64,000 nucleotides of DNA from Pocillopora damicornis (taxonomy: Eukaryota): positions 1 to 64,000 of the forward strand of contig NW_020843620.1 of the NCBI RefSeq assembly GCF_003704095.1, written 5' to 3'. How positions within the stretch are numbered: the stretch's first letter is position 1; every line of letters starts with the position of its first letter. The notes beneath the pieces were generated by a model, which was given only the letters and a program-made list of their open reading frames with translations, ran no database searches and was not told the origin of the DNA. This document shows positions 11,313 through 25,088 of this stretch, in pieces. The translations under genes were made by a program, and so were the position numbers.

Positions 11313-14300
11313 ATGCCCGAAATCGGTGAGGACTATTAGGCCGGTCTTTCACTACTATCTGCTTTTTATGTGAAGGAGTTACTGATGTAATAGGGTTGCA
11401 CACCTTCGGCTGTTGTTGAAATTGTCAGATTTGTTTGAAATCGTGCTATCTTTGCAAAACAACGGATCGATAAAGCCTTTTCGTGTCAGAAAGGATTTAA
11501 GTGTTCTATTAAGTGCTCTATGTTTTGAATTAGCCGAACGTTACTTGTTCTGCGAGAATCTCGTGTCAGTTTTGCCCGGCGAACCGCATAGCTGTTATGG
11601 TGTGCAGCGTCCCATCAACTGTAAACGTGACTCTACTCTTGTTTTCCGCAGGTCGGGATGATTACGGCCAGTTTGATAAAGGTACGTCTTTTAACATGGT
11701 TTCTTTATATTTATTTGTTTAACTAACGTCTTTTGAATAATAGGAAACCTCGATAGAATTCTTTGTGGTCTTTACATAGTGAAAGTGCAACAGGAAAGTG
11801 CTATGCGCATATGTAAGCGTTAATATATCAAATAGAGTTTTCGATATTTGTTTATTTCTTCCCGAATCTAACAATATTTCTTGGTTAGGAACGTTGAAAT
11901 TGGGTTTAATTCAATCAAGCTGTCTTAAAATTGTGAATATTCATCGACATAACATCCCCGAGGCGTCGGGAAAGCGTCTAAAATGACATAAGTTGATTGT
12001 TTGATCGAGTTAATTCGAAGATGGCTTGTAGTTGTGAAGCGATTGAGTACACAAATCTATTTTATTCCACGGTTTCTGGAGGCCGTTGAACAAAGGAGTG
12101 TGATTATGCACGCCGAAAAAGTGTCCAGTATGTTTTTTTTTATGTCTTTGATACGTTATGCAAATAGAAAATGTATTTCGAATCCAATGCGAAAATGGGT
12201 CGTTCGTTAGTGTTTAGTGCATGCCTACCGAGATAATTTTTTTAAAAAAACCTAAATACTTAATCCTTGTGTACCCAATTGTATGGAAAACCGAAGGCTG
12301 CGTTTTTAAGGAACGTGATTTCTTGTAATCAGTCGCAGCGGGTATAGAATTTCTCGCACATAGTGTATTTATCCGGAATGATTCTATTGCTGCAAAGGCG
12401 CCCAAATATGTCAAATACAAGCTTAATATATAAAGGCCTTTGTTTGATGCAATCCTTGAACCGTTTCAAAATCATAGGAGAAAGAAGGCTTTGTCAGGGC
12501 AGATTGTGCTCGAGCAACGTCCAAACGGAGAAGGATTTTGCCGTTAAGGTAAGCTCTATTTTTTAATCTGTAAAAATAACAGCACGTCAGTATTTGATTT
12601 CGTTTTGCGGTTCAAATTGTTGCAATTCGACAATTTTGAAAATATATCGACCCCTCTTGACTTGCATATGTATTTCACGTGATGTCTGTTAGCTTAGAAC
12701 CACAGTCTGTTGGATTGTCACAGAATTATAGTTAGATCGAGTGCTCCTCTTTCAACGTTAGCTGAGAAATCAGTCTTGTTTTTCAATCGAATCACGGTAT
12801 TATTGTCGCTGCATTATTTACTTTTATTGGATAAACAACATGATAAAATATCTCATCTCTATTAATGTCAATGGATAGATTTAGGTTGGGGAATAATTTA
12901 CGCGTTTATTTGCTGGGTGTTTTAATTGCTCACATGAGAGAAATCTTAAAACAATCTCTAGGGTTTATTTTAAGAACCAGCAAGGGTTTGTCTATCATCT
13001 TGGTACTCATATTTCGGCGTTGTCGCATCTCGGGTCATGCTATCAATCGATGTCATGTTTTCTTTGGTTGAGAGCATGGATGTAATCTACTTCAAACGAA
13101 AACCACAAGACAAATTCGTAGAAATCTAATTTCCAGACTTATCTATTGTACAGAAAAGTGAATATTTCTCTATTTAGTCACATTTTTATGCTATTAACAC
13201 CCTCTCTTAATTAAATTACCTGTAATTACATTCGGATCAAGTTTCTTCAAAATTTTCTTTGGCAGAGTATCTATAAATGTTAGATTGATTCTTCTCCCAT
13301 ATAGCTTGAATTTTGTCAGATTTTATTGATGTGTTACTGTACAAATTAATTACAAAAGCATTTGCGATATCATTACTGTAATAATGCTATATTTATGAGT
13401 GATATTTGAGTTTAAAGTGGTCATAAATTTTCCAAGATGTTGAAATCTCTCCAGATTTTTAGTACTTTAGTAGAAAATGGTTCTCAGGATATTTTATCAT
13501 ATTGAATCACCTTTGGGTGTAGTTTAATTACCTGGATTTGTACAGCTATCAAAGTAAACTGTACAAGATCTCTACAATTTTGCCACTATATGCTACATAC
13601 TCTGGAAACTAAATTGTAGGGTTCCTCCTGTACAGGATAAACATAAACTGAGGTAGTTTTTTGCTTTAAACAACTGGAGTGACATAATATGAGTGAGTAA
13701 TCATTTAGGCAAATTTGTTGCAACCAAGTGTTACTGGTTAGACAGGATAAGAATGTTACAGGATTAACTGTTATGTCATTTCATATTTTTATCTCTTTAA
13801 TTTGAGCAAATTGGGTGTCGCAAATTACTGTTCTTTACACACCTATATAGCGGTAATCTCATTTTGTCAGTTGTGAAGTTATTACAAATTGGGCACAGAG
13901 AACAGCTTTTGTCTCCTGACAATGAGATTATCATGAACTGAAAGCCAAATCTGTGAATGCACTGGATTCATTACTTAGAATCTAAAAGCAATCATAGATG
14001 TAACTTGTCCATGAAGCTTCAGATCTTTAACTAGTATATCTCACTAACAGATTTTGAACATTGGTGGTAAGGAAGAGGAAAACTGTTAGTTAACAGTCGC
14101 TTTGAAGATGAACTTTAAAAAAAAATTACAACTTGTTTTGACATTGTTGAAATAATATTGAAAATTTTCAGTGCTTTAACTTTCATTGTGTTGTTTTCAT
14201 ACAGCCATGTCTGGAAAATGTTAATTATTTTTCATTCCACTATACTAACAAATTTGCTTCAAGCAGTTGCTCGCATTTCACAATTCTATCGGTAGTTTAG

Positions 14301-17300
14301 ATAGAGATAAACCATTGAATCTGGTCTAGTTCTAGAGGCATGTATATCAAGGATCCACTAGAAGTCATTAAGTCCAAACACATGTAGTGCTCTTGAGGAT
14401 TAAATTTAACTAATACAAAAGTTTACCAACTATTGTCATATCTTCATTAGCGTAAGAGGTTCTTCAGCAGGGTGTAGCATGGATTTTTGTTCTTTACTGT
14501 GGAGGTTTTGAGATATACCATAGAATATAACTCACAATGAAATTTTAATTTCTAAGATATGTGCATCATCAGGGTATAATTCTTATTACACACAAATAAT
14601 TTACTACAGATTGTGTCTCTGGGTATATGTGTTATGTTGATGTCAATAGTTATTGCCTCCTGACTGGAAGAAATACAATCATACAATGTAATTAATGTAT
14701 GGAAAGTTTCCTATTTTCAGTAGTTAAAATATCAACAACCAATACTTTTTTGCATAGAGGTATTTGTACAAAGAAGTAAAATCAGATGTGATTTCCTGTT
14801 AAATCAGCTCTAACTTTGTATTAGTAGAATACGCAGTGGTTTAGGTTGTATCTAAATGGTGTATTTGTTTTTCTTGCGGTGAAATTTTCATTTTTGTGAA
14901 AATGATTGTGACAAAAGGTTAGAGATTATCTTTGCACATATCAAAGGTCATGACAAGTTAATAACTTCTTTAACAACATTTCAATCTGTGGCGACAGGCA
15001 AACAAAAAGGTGTTAGCTTTTCTCTTGTTAATTTAAACATGGACTTCTCTAACCAGGTCTCTTTATTTTTAGTTCTGAATATGTTTGGTATCTACTTTGA
15101 AAACAAGAAATAAGAATGCTACTGATTATATTCATTTGATATTGTTCAAGTGTTTTCATATTGGATGTTTAAGATGAATTTGCATAGCTTCCAATTTGAA
15201 ACCCACAAGTGCTTTGTGTGATATTTCTAATACACCTTTTTGTGAAAATAAGATTTAGATTTATTAACACAGAAGTGATGTATATTTAAGTTATTTTGCA
15301 GTGTGGGCTGTGTAAATTTTCCATCTTTGATTCTCTGCATCTGAAGACTTGTTTTTGTTTTGGTTTCTTGATTTTGAGTTTGGTTGTTCAACTTATCCAG
15401 TATAAGTAACAGATAAAATATTCTACAATTTTACTACAGAAAGTTAAGGGATTGCATGTTTCTTAACCTTTAACTCGTAAGATCTCATCAGTAATTCTCT
15501 TTACTATCTCCTATACAGTTCTTGTGATGTTAGTCTAGAGAATTTGGTATTAGATCAACTTAGAATCTCTTAACAGATATTTTTCTTCATTCTCATCTCT
15601 TGTCTGTTTGATATTGTATTGATATTGTAAGGAGAAATTCTGTGGTGGTCACCCATGGGAGGTAAAGGGTTAAAATGTTTTTTTTCTATGAGCTTTAACC
15701 AGACAAGGGTCCAACACATTCTAACTTTGAATTCAGGAGACATGAATTCAAGCATGATTTTGATCATGTGATCATCATCAACTTTTTTTTTTTTTTAAGT
15801 CATTAAAATTTTTTTTTTGTTTAATTGAAAATACTCCATTTTTACCCACCAAAACCAATCTAAATTTATCTGTTACCTAGTCTAAGGCTGAAATAGATTT
15901 AACCTCAAACTTTGATCTTGTGGAGTGCTCCAAAACCAGTTGCTTTAAGTAAATTTTCCTCTTTTGGTGTGCTTTAAAAAACAATGGCTACTCTTAGTTT
16001 ATGAATTCAAAGAATTTACAATAATGTAGTGAAAATGTTTTAAAATGCAAAGTCCTTGAAAAATGTCTTGTAATTTGTCTCACATGCTATGATTTTCGGC
16101 AAAATACTTTTTTCATAGCAAGCTATTTTGCAGTTTTTGTGTTTTCAATGTAGGAGGCTGTATGTGTTTTGGGTGTGAAGTTTTAAGTGTCTTATCGTAC
16201 AGATCCTTCTTAGCCTTCCATGAGACAAATAGAATTAGCATGAGTCGCACTTCAAATCTCAATGCTTAGTTCAATATTTTAATCATCTATTCATTCTAAT
16301 TCAATTTGCCTTCCTTTGTTTTATAGAAGATAGCAGTGACCTTGGTTAACCAGAAGAAATCTGTGTTAATTTCCTTTTGTAACTTGTCTGCACATGCACA
16401 AGTTGTCTATTGTTTTCCCAGAAAGGGAAGAATTTGGAAAATTCAAACAATGTTGTGCGAGATTATGGTAGACAAAATAATTCTCTCCTGCCTTGGGAGA
16501 GTGCACTCCTTGTTTTTATTATTTTAAATTATGTTTTTCTAAAATGACAAATGGTGGAAGGATACCTTCCCGCCGAGAAGAGTGATGTTTAGAAAGTTGT
16601 GTGCTAAAATTATCTCTGTGGGTTTCTTTTAGCACATCAAAAAATTCTCAATTACATACATAAAAGCTTTTCTTTGGAAATAATCACGGTGTCTGCTGTG
16701 ATTTTTATAAGCAATCAAGTGATTCCTTAGTGTTCATTCCAGAATTTTCTCTATTTACCATTCTTTCATTCACTACCAATTGCATCTTTGACATACTTCA
16801 CAATTACTTTTACGTCATTCCATAGCCAGTTTTAGCTAGAGTACTACATCCCTCCTTTAGCTCCCAGCATGAGGTTTTGTTTATTTCTGAACTGCACTGG
16901 TTCAGTTGTTGCTGCAGATTCTCTATTGTTTGATATCACATTGTTCTCAAATGTGCAAGGAGTGATATCTTCTCGTGTAGTATTTGCCAAAAAAAATTTC
17001 AAAAGCTACATCCTCATGTAGAATTTATCAACTGCATCATGAAAGCATTGCTTAAGGTAAAATATAAAGTTGGAAGTACCTAGTGTCCATAAAAAGTAAA
17101 TGCGTTCAGAGAATGAACACGCATCGGTCAAGCTTTTGTGTATTGGCTGGCTGCATCAAGCATGTGACATAGTTAATTAAATTTTATTTTTCTATAGTTG
17201 TAGAATTGCCTAGTTTGGAAGATATGCACATCTAAAGAGGGTGCTATTTTTCACTTTGATCGTATCATCACAAATTTTTTTATCTAATAATTTTCAAACT

Positions 17301-20300
17301 AGGTTTGTCATCATGAAGACTGCCAGGAAACAAACTACGGAAATCCTTTATTGTTGTGTTTGAGATGTGATGAAGTCCACCATCTTGGAGCTGGTTCTAA
17401 CCATGCACGGTTCGATGTCCCGGGTAAGTGTTTTACCTAAATTTGTTGAAAAAATAGAGTGAAATGTGCTGGTATTCTTTCATTTTCTTGAATGATGTAA
17501 GCTACATGTACAGGCTGTATATGTAGTTGACATATAAGCTCTGGAGATCAGACTGATTTGTACAGTGACCACAGTTTACCAGTTTCTGTGGCATGAAATG
17601 ATTTTAGTATAAATAGTGGTACCTCTACTGCACGGGATATTAGTCTAACAGGAGGGTTTACCCTCCTCGCTCCCTGCCACCTGTTTAGTGCAACATTCCC
17701 CTGACAACTTGCTAGTTAAGAAGTTGATGGGTTGGGAGTTTTGACAATTTTGTGCATCTTGAATAATTTAGCCTCCATTTTTCAAGTCCATTAATTTGAA
17801 TGGGGAAATGTTCTCTATCCTTAGCCATCCTTGTACATTTTTTTGTTATTTCTCTTATTTCTCTGGTGTCTCCATACCTTGGCAAATAGTTATTTCAAGC
17901 TGATACCGCTTAACACTCAAATTGTCTTAAAATAGAGTGACAGAGTCACATTCTCTTCCATACTATAAATACATTTTCATGCCAGAAGGAGATTAGGTGA
18001 TGGAAAATATCAACTAGGGTATATTGTTTGATGTAATTCAAAAATCTCAGAGCTAAAATTATAATGAAAGTATGGGACACAGTGAAGAGAATTGTTATGT
18101 AGATCATGAAGGCAGATGATGAGCCCTTTGTTGGTATATATGTCACCAGGATACTAAGAACCCTTTAACCCCTAAAGGTGACCAGCATCTAATTTCTCCT
18201 TACAATATCACCCCTGAATCGCATATTAAGGTCATGAGAATAAAGGAAATGATCAACAACCTAGGAAGATCTTGATTGTCAAGGAAATTCTCCTTGTCAG
18301 CACCTAATGAAATTTAAAAAGGAACATAAAGAATATGCATACTGAAGTTAGGGTGTAAAGGGTTTAATTGTGCGGAGTTTGAAAGGGGACAATAATTTTA
18401 ATAAAACATTTGAGAACTGATTATAATTTTAAATTTGTCATTTTGGTGTTCTTCTCTTCAGAGAGGCCAAGTACAAATATTATTAGGACGCCATCAAGCC
18501 ATTCGGCAGGTTCAGATTCAGGAAATGAGGAGGATGTTGAATCTGAACAAAAAGTGTAAGTGGCGCAAATTAATACTCATTACACTTAGTGTTAGTTTGA
18601 ATGACATTCTCATTTGTTAACTCCTTTGATCCTTAAGAGCAACTTGCATCTCAGTTCTCCTTACAATATAATCTTGAGTCAAACATCACGGTAACAAGAA
18701 TGAAGGAAATTGTCACATACTAAAGAAGCTCTTGATCATTAAAGAAGTTCTTCATGTAAGCACCATTGGAAATTTGTAGAGAACAGTTTGGAGAATATGT
18801 GCATTGATGTTCAAGTGTAAAGGGTCCGCTGATGTTGTTAAAATTATGTACTTAACTATAATTGTGCTTACAGCTAATTTATTTTCAGCCAATATTAAGT
18901 TGCCAATATGCGATGATATAGTAATCTATATTTTTAACATAATCAGTTGTAGAATTGTCAAAAGGTCACTTACTTTTCAGGCAAGCTTTTCTTTTAACAC
19001 AATCAGATATCAACTTAGACTACTCTGATTTAGTTATCTTAAAAGTGAGAAGCATGGTTCTTTTCATAAAGTGTTGATTAAAGGAGTGAATCTAAGGGAG
19101 GAACATACTTAACTGCATCTATTATTTGCTTACTACCCTTGACTTTGGTCGGCAGTTTTTTACTCTATTGTATAATGTACAAAGGTGACAGTTGTTACTG
19201 ATGAAACAGAAATTGTTGGCAATCTCTTTTGCATTTAAGCAGCTCATGATAAAAAAGTCTGAGTAGTGATCTGTAATTCGTCAAAGGAGTAATATTGTAT
19301 TATGGGGGAGAATTTTGATATTAAACCAATATTGAATAATGGCTTTAAATAAGTATGGCAATTCATTTTAGCCCCAAAATATGAACAAGCCTATATTTGT
19401 AAATGACAGCACTAAATGTTTTACCTAATTAAAACATTGTGGTGTTGTTTTTGGTGTGGTGAGATGCAACAGAGAATATTTGGAATTAGCTGGAATTAAC
19501 AGAAGGTTTTGTTCCATTTGCTTTCTTAATTCAAACAGTCTTCTGGTTATCTTCACTTAGTCATAAGTATGAAACAAAATTGAAACTGGGCTCCGAATTT
19601 TAATCTCTGGAGTTTTTAAAATGACAGTTACTTTTGTGAAGAGTGAAGAGAAACAATGTTTTTCTTATTACTGTTTCTAAGTTAATTATCTCACAGGAAA
19701 TATCAAATACATTTTAGATATCAGACAACTTAACTTAAATTCATTATCAGACATGTTTGATGGTAGAAATTGTGGTCAAGTTACCTTAAAACAAACAGCT
19801 GTAACTCTCTTTTGTTATGATATTTCCTTCTCCAACAGGGAAAAGAAGAACAGAGGATATTCCTCTGGGAAACGGATGTTTAAAATTAATGCGGCGGCGA
19901 AGAAAAAACCAAGACGCCACAACACCGAAGTGAGTTTGAAGTGAAAAACCTTTTCTTTATCATCTTCAACATGTCGTTAAAATGATTTATCAGGCAGATC
20001 CACAGATATTTTAGAAAACACTGGATGAGTGTATTTGATTTGATTGCATCCTAGAGTATGTATTTGAGCCCTAAAGTTGAAAAGTTATAAAATTATTTTT
20101 CCGTTACACTGACAGGTACACGGCAGTGTATTGCCTTGACAGTTTTAGCTTTTCAGCAGACTATACTGTACTTTTTCATTATTATAATTAGCTGCTGAAA
20201 AATTCAGATTGCTTAAATTACTTAAATGTGAAACTTAGGAAGTGCATATATACCAAGTTGTTTGAAATTACTTCCTTTTGTGGATGCATCAAACAGTGCT

Positions 20301-23300
20301 TGAAAATCTTGAAAACTGAATGTCTTGTGCTACCATGTTTTTATCAGGCTTCTAGCACAAGCTGGTAATGAGCCATTTACTGCCATTTGGGAAAGGTATC
20401 AGTTAGGCTTATAACCCCTTCAATGACCATCTAACAATAGTTTTGTTTCATTCGATTTGTATGACCTTTTTATGGCAATCTCTATCATCTGAGGCAGTCC
20501 TTCAAAAAAAGTTAATACAGGAACACTTTATGGGGGCATCTCTAACTGTTTATGGTCATAAATCTCTCCCAGATGAATACATCTTTAACATTTCTTCTGT
20601 TTTCCATAGGATCCAGGGAGAGAATTTTTTAGCATTAAATTTTTTGACAACAAAAGTGGAGAATCCCATGTAGAAGTAGTGCCTGCTTTGAAAGGAAAGT
20701 CTCTGAGGTAAATCAGTTTAATTTTAAGCCATTCATGATTTCATGTATTTCCAATTTTATAACTTTATTGTTGAGGTTATTAACCCTCTAAATCCTAAGA
20801 GCAACCAGCATCCAATTTATCCAACAGTAACGCTAAATCATTCATATTGTGAATAAGAAAACAAAATGACCATCCATAAAGAAGCTTTTGATTGTTTCAT
20901 TAATTCTCCTTGTCAGTACCAAAGGAAATTTATAGAGAAAATTATGGAGAATATGGATGCTGATGTTAGGGTGTTAACTCTTTTAACTCCCAGAAGTGAA
21001 TGTGCAGCAGCTAGAGGGGAGAATTAACAATCAGATCTTGGGAGTTAAAGGGTTAAGTGTAATACTCTCTTCTCCATGGTGTGACATGTTGTTTTGTTGA
21101 CAAACTTTGTTGTTTACTTGTCCTGACTTATTTGTCCTTTATTATAATGTTTTGCTGGAACTTTATCCCATGTGTATGTTGCATATTGTTAAAATGATAT
21201 CAGACTAGTTCAGTCTTAATATTTCGTTTGAGGACTTTGCAAATTTCCTTGAGGGAAAGTAATGCAATTTAAATTTTAAAAAAATTATTTTTACCAGTGA
21301 AATTCATTCTTACGTATACAAGTTGTAATTTGCTTATGTTACATCTCTTGAGTCCTTGGAATATATTATATATAACTTGAACTGATAAATTATTTTCATT
21401 TCAGGGAATCTATCGAACCTCTTTTTGAAGCACAGGAATTTTCCTTTTCAACTCATTCTGTCTTTCTGGACTCATCTAATACTCCTTTACCACTCGCATT
21501 TGATACCTTTCCACTGGGTGGAAATACTCTTCATGTTAGAGGTAAGATGTACTGGCCTTTTGGCACTTCCACTCTGATTTTCGGAGAAGAATTGATCAGA
21601 TGGATACAGGGGCTTTCGCAGGAAAACAACTGCTATTAGTGAAGAAAGATAATCATAAGCAGTGAAATGTTTAATCTTTAACCCTTCACCCTCGGGAATC
21701 ACCAAAAAAAAATTCCTCCTCACAATATCAGCACTGTTGGCCAGAAAGGTAGTGAGAAGAGGGAAAGGTATAAGTTGGGGAATATTAGTTAATTTACCAA
21801 CAATTCTCTCAGAAAAATTAGTAAGGAGTATACAATGGGAAGTAAGGAGACAGGATACTGAGATTTTGGGAGTGTAAAGGTGATTACGAATTATTTAGTC
21901 AGCAAAAAAACTGGTTTTTCCATTGTTAAAAATTATTTATTTTAACATTATTGAAACATTGAGAAACTGGAATTTTCAGCTTCTTCCCTACAAGATGAAA
22001 TGTGTTGAGGTAAAGACAAAGGAAATTTGTAGAAAAAGGAGTGGATGTAAGCCTTATTTACTAGCTGTACAGCTTGATATGTTGAGGGAAATTTAGATTG
22101 GAAAAACCTTGAGAAAGTCTCCCTGTATTCCACATCTTGTTTATCTTACTCAAAGACAATAGGTAGTTATGTAATCTAAAGGATTCTAATGATTTTGTTT
22201 TCAGCCAATGAAGATTTTAAAGGGGATGAAAGAGTAATCAATATCATGAGAGACTCGTATGCAGAGGAGAAGAACAATTCAGACGAAACACCCACACGCC
22301 CGAAGAGCTCATCCTTTCTGACGCGGTCTGGTTCTTTTACAACAAAGGGGAAAGAGAAAGGCAACATTAGAAGGTTTGATGATGACAGAGAGAGGGAGAA
22401 CTCAAGAGATGACAAGCTCCTACAGCAATTCAATAAGAATGTGAGTTGCTTTTTTTTTACTCTTCCACTTCCAGGTGGAATTTACTATAAGGATTGATTG
22501 ACTGAGTTATAGCTATTGATATATGGTAAGAAATTCCTTCAGTATAGTTTACAGGTAATGCATCTAATTTTGTGTGGCTAAACTAGTTAATAAAATAAGA
22601 TAAAACCTGTCATGTTGTGTTTGAATTCATGTAAGGATGCTCTAGAACACAGATCTTGGAATAGGCTGTTCCACACCTCAGCACCTTTGCAAGAAATACT
22701 ACTTTATAAACAGTTGGTGCAAGGCTGCGAAAGAGCCAGTTTGTTTTTGGAATTCCTTAATCAATAGGAAGTAAAGTCATTTTAAAATATCAAGGAAATT
22801 TTTCAATAAGTTTGCAGGTTGCAATTCAACTTTTTTTAATTTTGTGGCATACATTTGTTTGTTTGTTTGGCTTTAGACCCAAAAGGGCAAAAAGAACATG
22901 GAATCTTTGTTTGGTAAAGAGTTTGGAGGGACCATGCCTCCTACACTGTCAAGTCCTGTTCTTCCTGGTGGAGTTCATATTAGTGGGGGTGGCACTGTGC
23001 CACGGCCAAAGTCAGCCAGTCGCTTGACTGGATTGTTTAACCCACCTAAACCCAGCATTAAGGTATGCCATTTGACAGCAGTCTCTTATCTATCACTAAA
23101 TTCCTCCAGCGCAATGTTGAAAAACTGATAGTGGGGGAGTCTAGTGCAAATCATAATACTATGGAGTGTCTCCCACAGGGAGGGTGCTTGATGGAGAAAT
23201 AATGAGCAGGGCTTGTCAAAGGCTTATTTCATGTTTATTTTTGTGCAATTTGTATAAATTTGCTTTTAAAAAAAAGCCTTTAAAAATCACACACCTCTTC

Positions 23301-25034
23301 ATTTGCAGATTTCTGTGAGTTTATAGCAATATGCAATGTGCTATTTTTCAGGGAACTCTGAAAGACTCGTTAGATCGATATTCCCTGTACGGTCTGGAGG
23401 ATAGTGCTGATTATGACTCTGGGCTAAAGAATGAAATCGAAGAACAGATTAAACTTGTAAGTATTTATAGTGCACTGAACAAATGACAGGAATAATTAAA
23501 CCAAGAGTGTTTATTTTAAAGTAAACACTCTTGGTGAAGTTATCTTTTCATGAATTATCTAACAATTATAATACTCTTTGGAATAAACAAGTGAGGATAG
23601 TGAACAAAATCTTATTGTGATGTTGTGTTGATTAAGCATTTAATTGTCACAAACAACCAACAAATAAATGTACAGTCTTCAACCAGGTGCATTAGCTCTC
23701 AAATGATGGAAGTGAAAGAAATATAGAATACCTGAAGTGTGATTCTTTGCCAGCTTTGATAATCAAGAACGTTTTCCATGTTGCAAAAATGTGCGATTTA
23801 TTTTTCAGGAATCATCTTGGACTGAAGTTGTAGATGAAAGGCGCATTGGGGTAATGTCTCTTGTTCTAGGCCATGATCAATTTGCATGCAATGTCTTGTA
23901 TTCTTTTTACAGTTCCTTTCATAGTTGTATGTAGATTTTGTTTTCATCTATTTTGATTTATTTCAGACAATGACAAAGAAAGAGAAAGACCAGCAAGAAG
24001 CTATGTGGGAACTTTTGTCCACAGAGGCAGTGTATATATCAAAACTCTACATAATCAAAAAGGTAAGTAGAACTGAATTCTACTTCAAGACAAATCTTGC
24101 AGTGATCAATAGGCCATTTTATAGCTGTGTACTCAAGCCTTTGATTTAGAGTGAGGCTGAAAGTGACATTGTTGTGACAGAGACTAGTATCCACTTAGCA
24201 CAATAACAAAGTAGTTTACATATGATAAGCGGCAAGGTTTGTATCATAACAAGGTCACCCTTAGCCTCGCTACTGTTCAGAGGCTTAGCAACCAAGTGCA
24301 CAACTGTAAGATGGACTATATTGCAGTTTCCAACACTGATATTGTAACCAGCTTTTATCTCCACTGAAGAGAGGCTTTAAGTGATATTTCTGTTAATTTT
24401 ATACATTGTTTCTTTTAGTTGTTTCTCCAGTGCTTAAGAAATTTGCAGAGTGAAGGATTTCTTGTAGAGGTATGACTTTTCATATAATTACATGACTGTA
24501 TAATAAGGATTTGCACATATTATGTTGTTAATGGTCATATACCAATACTTTCCCCTCACACTCTACTGAAACATCATTTTGTGGCCTCTGTTCTCTGCTG
24601 CCTGGTTAGCTCATGTGGATGAGCACCGGACATCTGTGTGGGAGGCTGGGGTTCAAGACCCAGGCCGGACCCACACTTAGGGTCTCAAAACAACTGAGGA
24701 GAATGTGCTGCCTTTGCTATGACATCTGCAAGCAATTAGACACTCTAGTCTTCTCGGATAAGGATGAAAAGCTGCAGGTCCCATCTCTTGCATCTTCTTG
24801 GTACTGGTTAGTGGGGGACATTAAAGAACCCACACACTTATTGAAAAAAGTAGGGGTCATAGTTCCCAGTGTTGTGGTCTGCCCTAGATTCTGAAATATG
24901 GGGCATCTGCCAAATCTCCTCCAAAAAAAGAGAATTGTAAATTGCTCAATGCAGTCTGACCAAAGTCCCCCACAAAGTGTTGTAAGGTGCATTTGATCAT
25001 ATTCAGATATTAATTTGCACCCAATAAGTAATAA

Positions 25035-25088
<54 letters not shown>

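Noticed and set aside
17575-17700. Old SINE 3' fragments (also about 4370-4450 and 60840-60925)
   Set aside because: They resemble a decayed SINE by eye but are too divergent to delimit without alignment.
24597-24670. tRNA gene
   Set aside because: No clean cloverleaf or terminator; it continues into a SINE body and tail.
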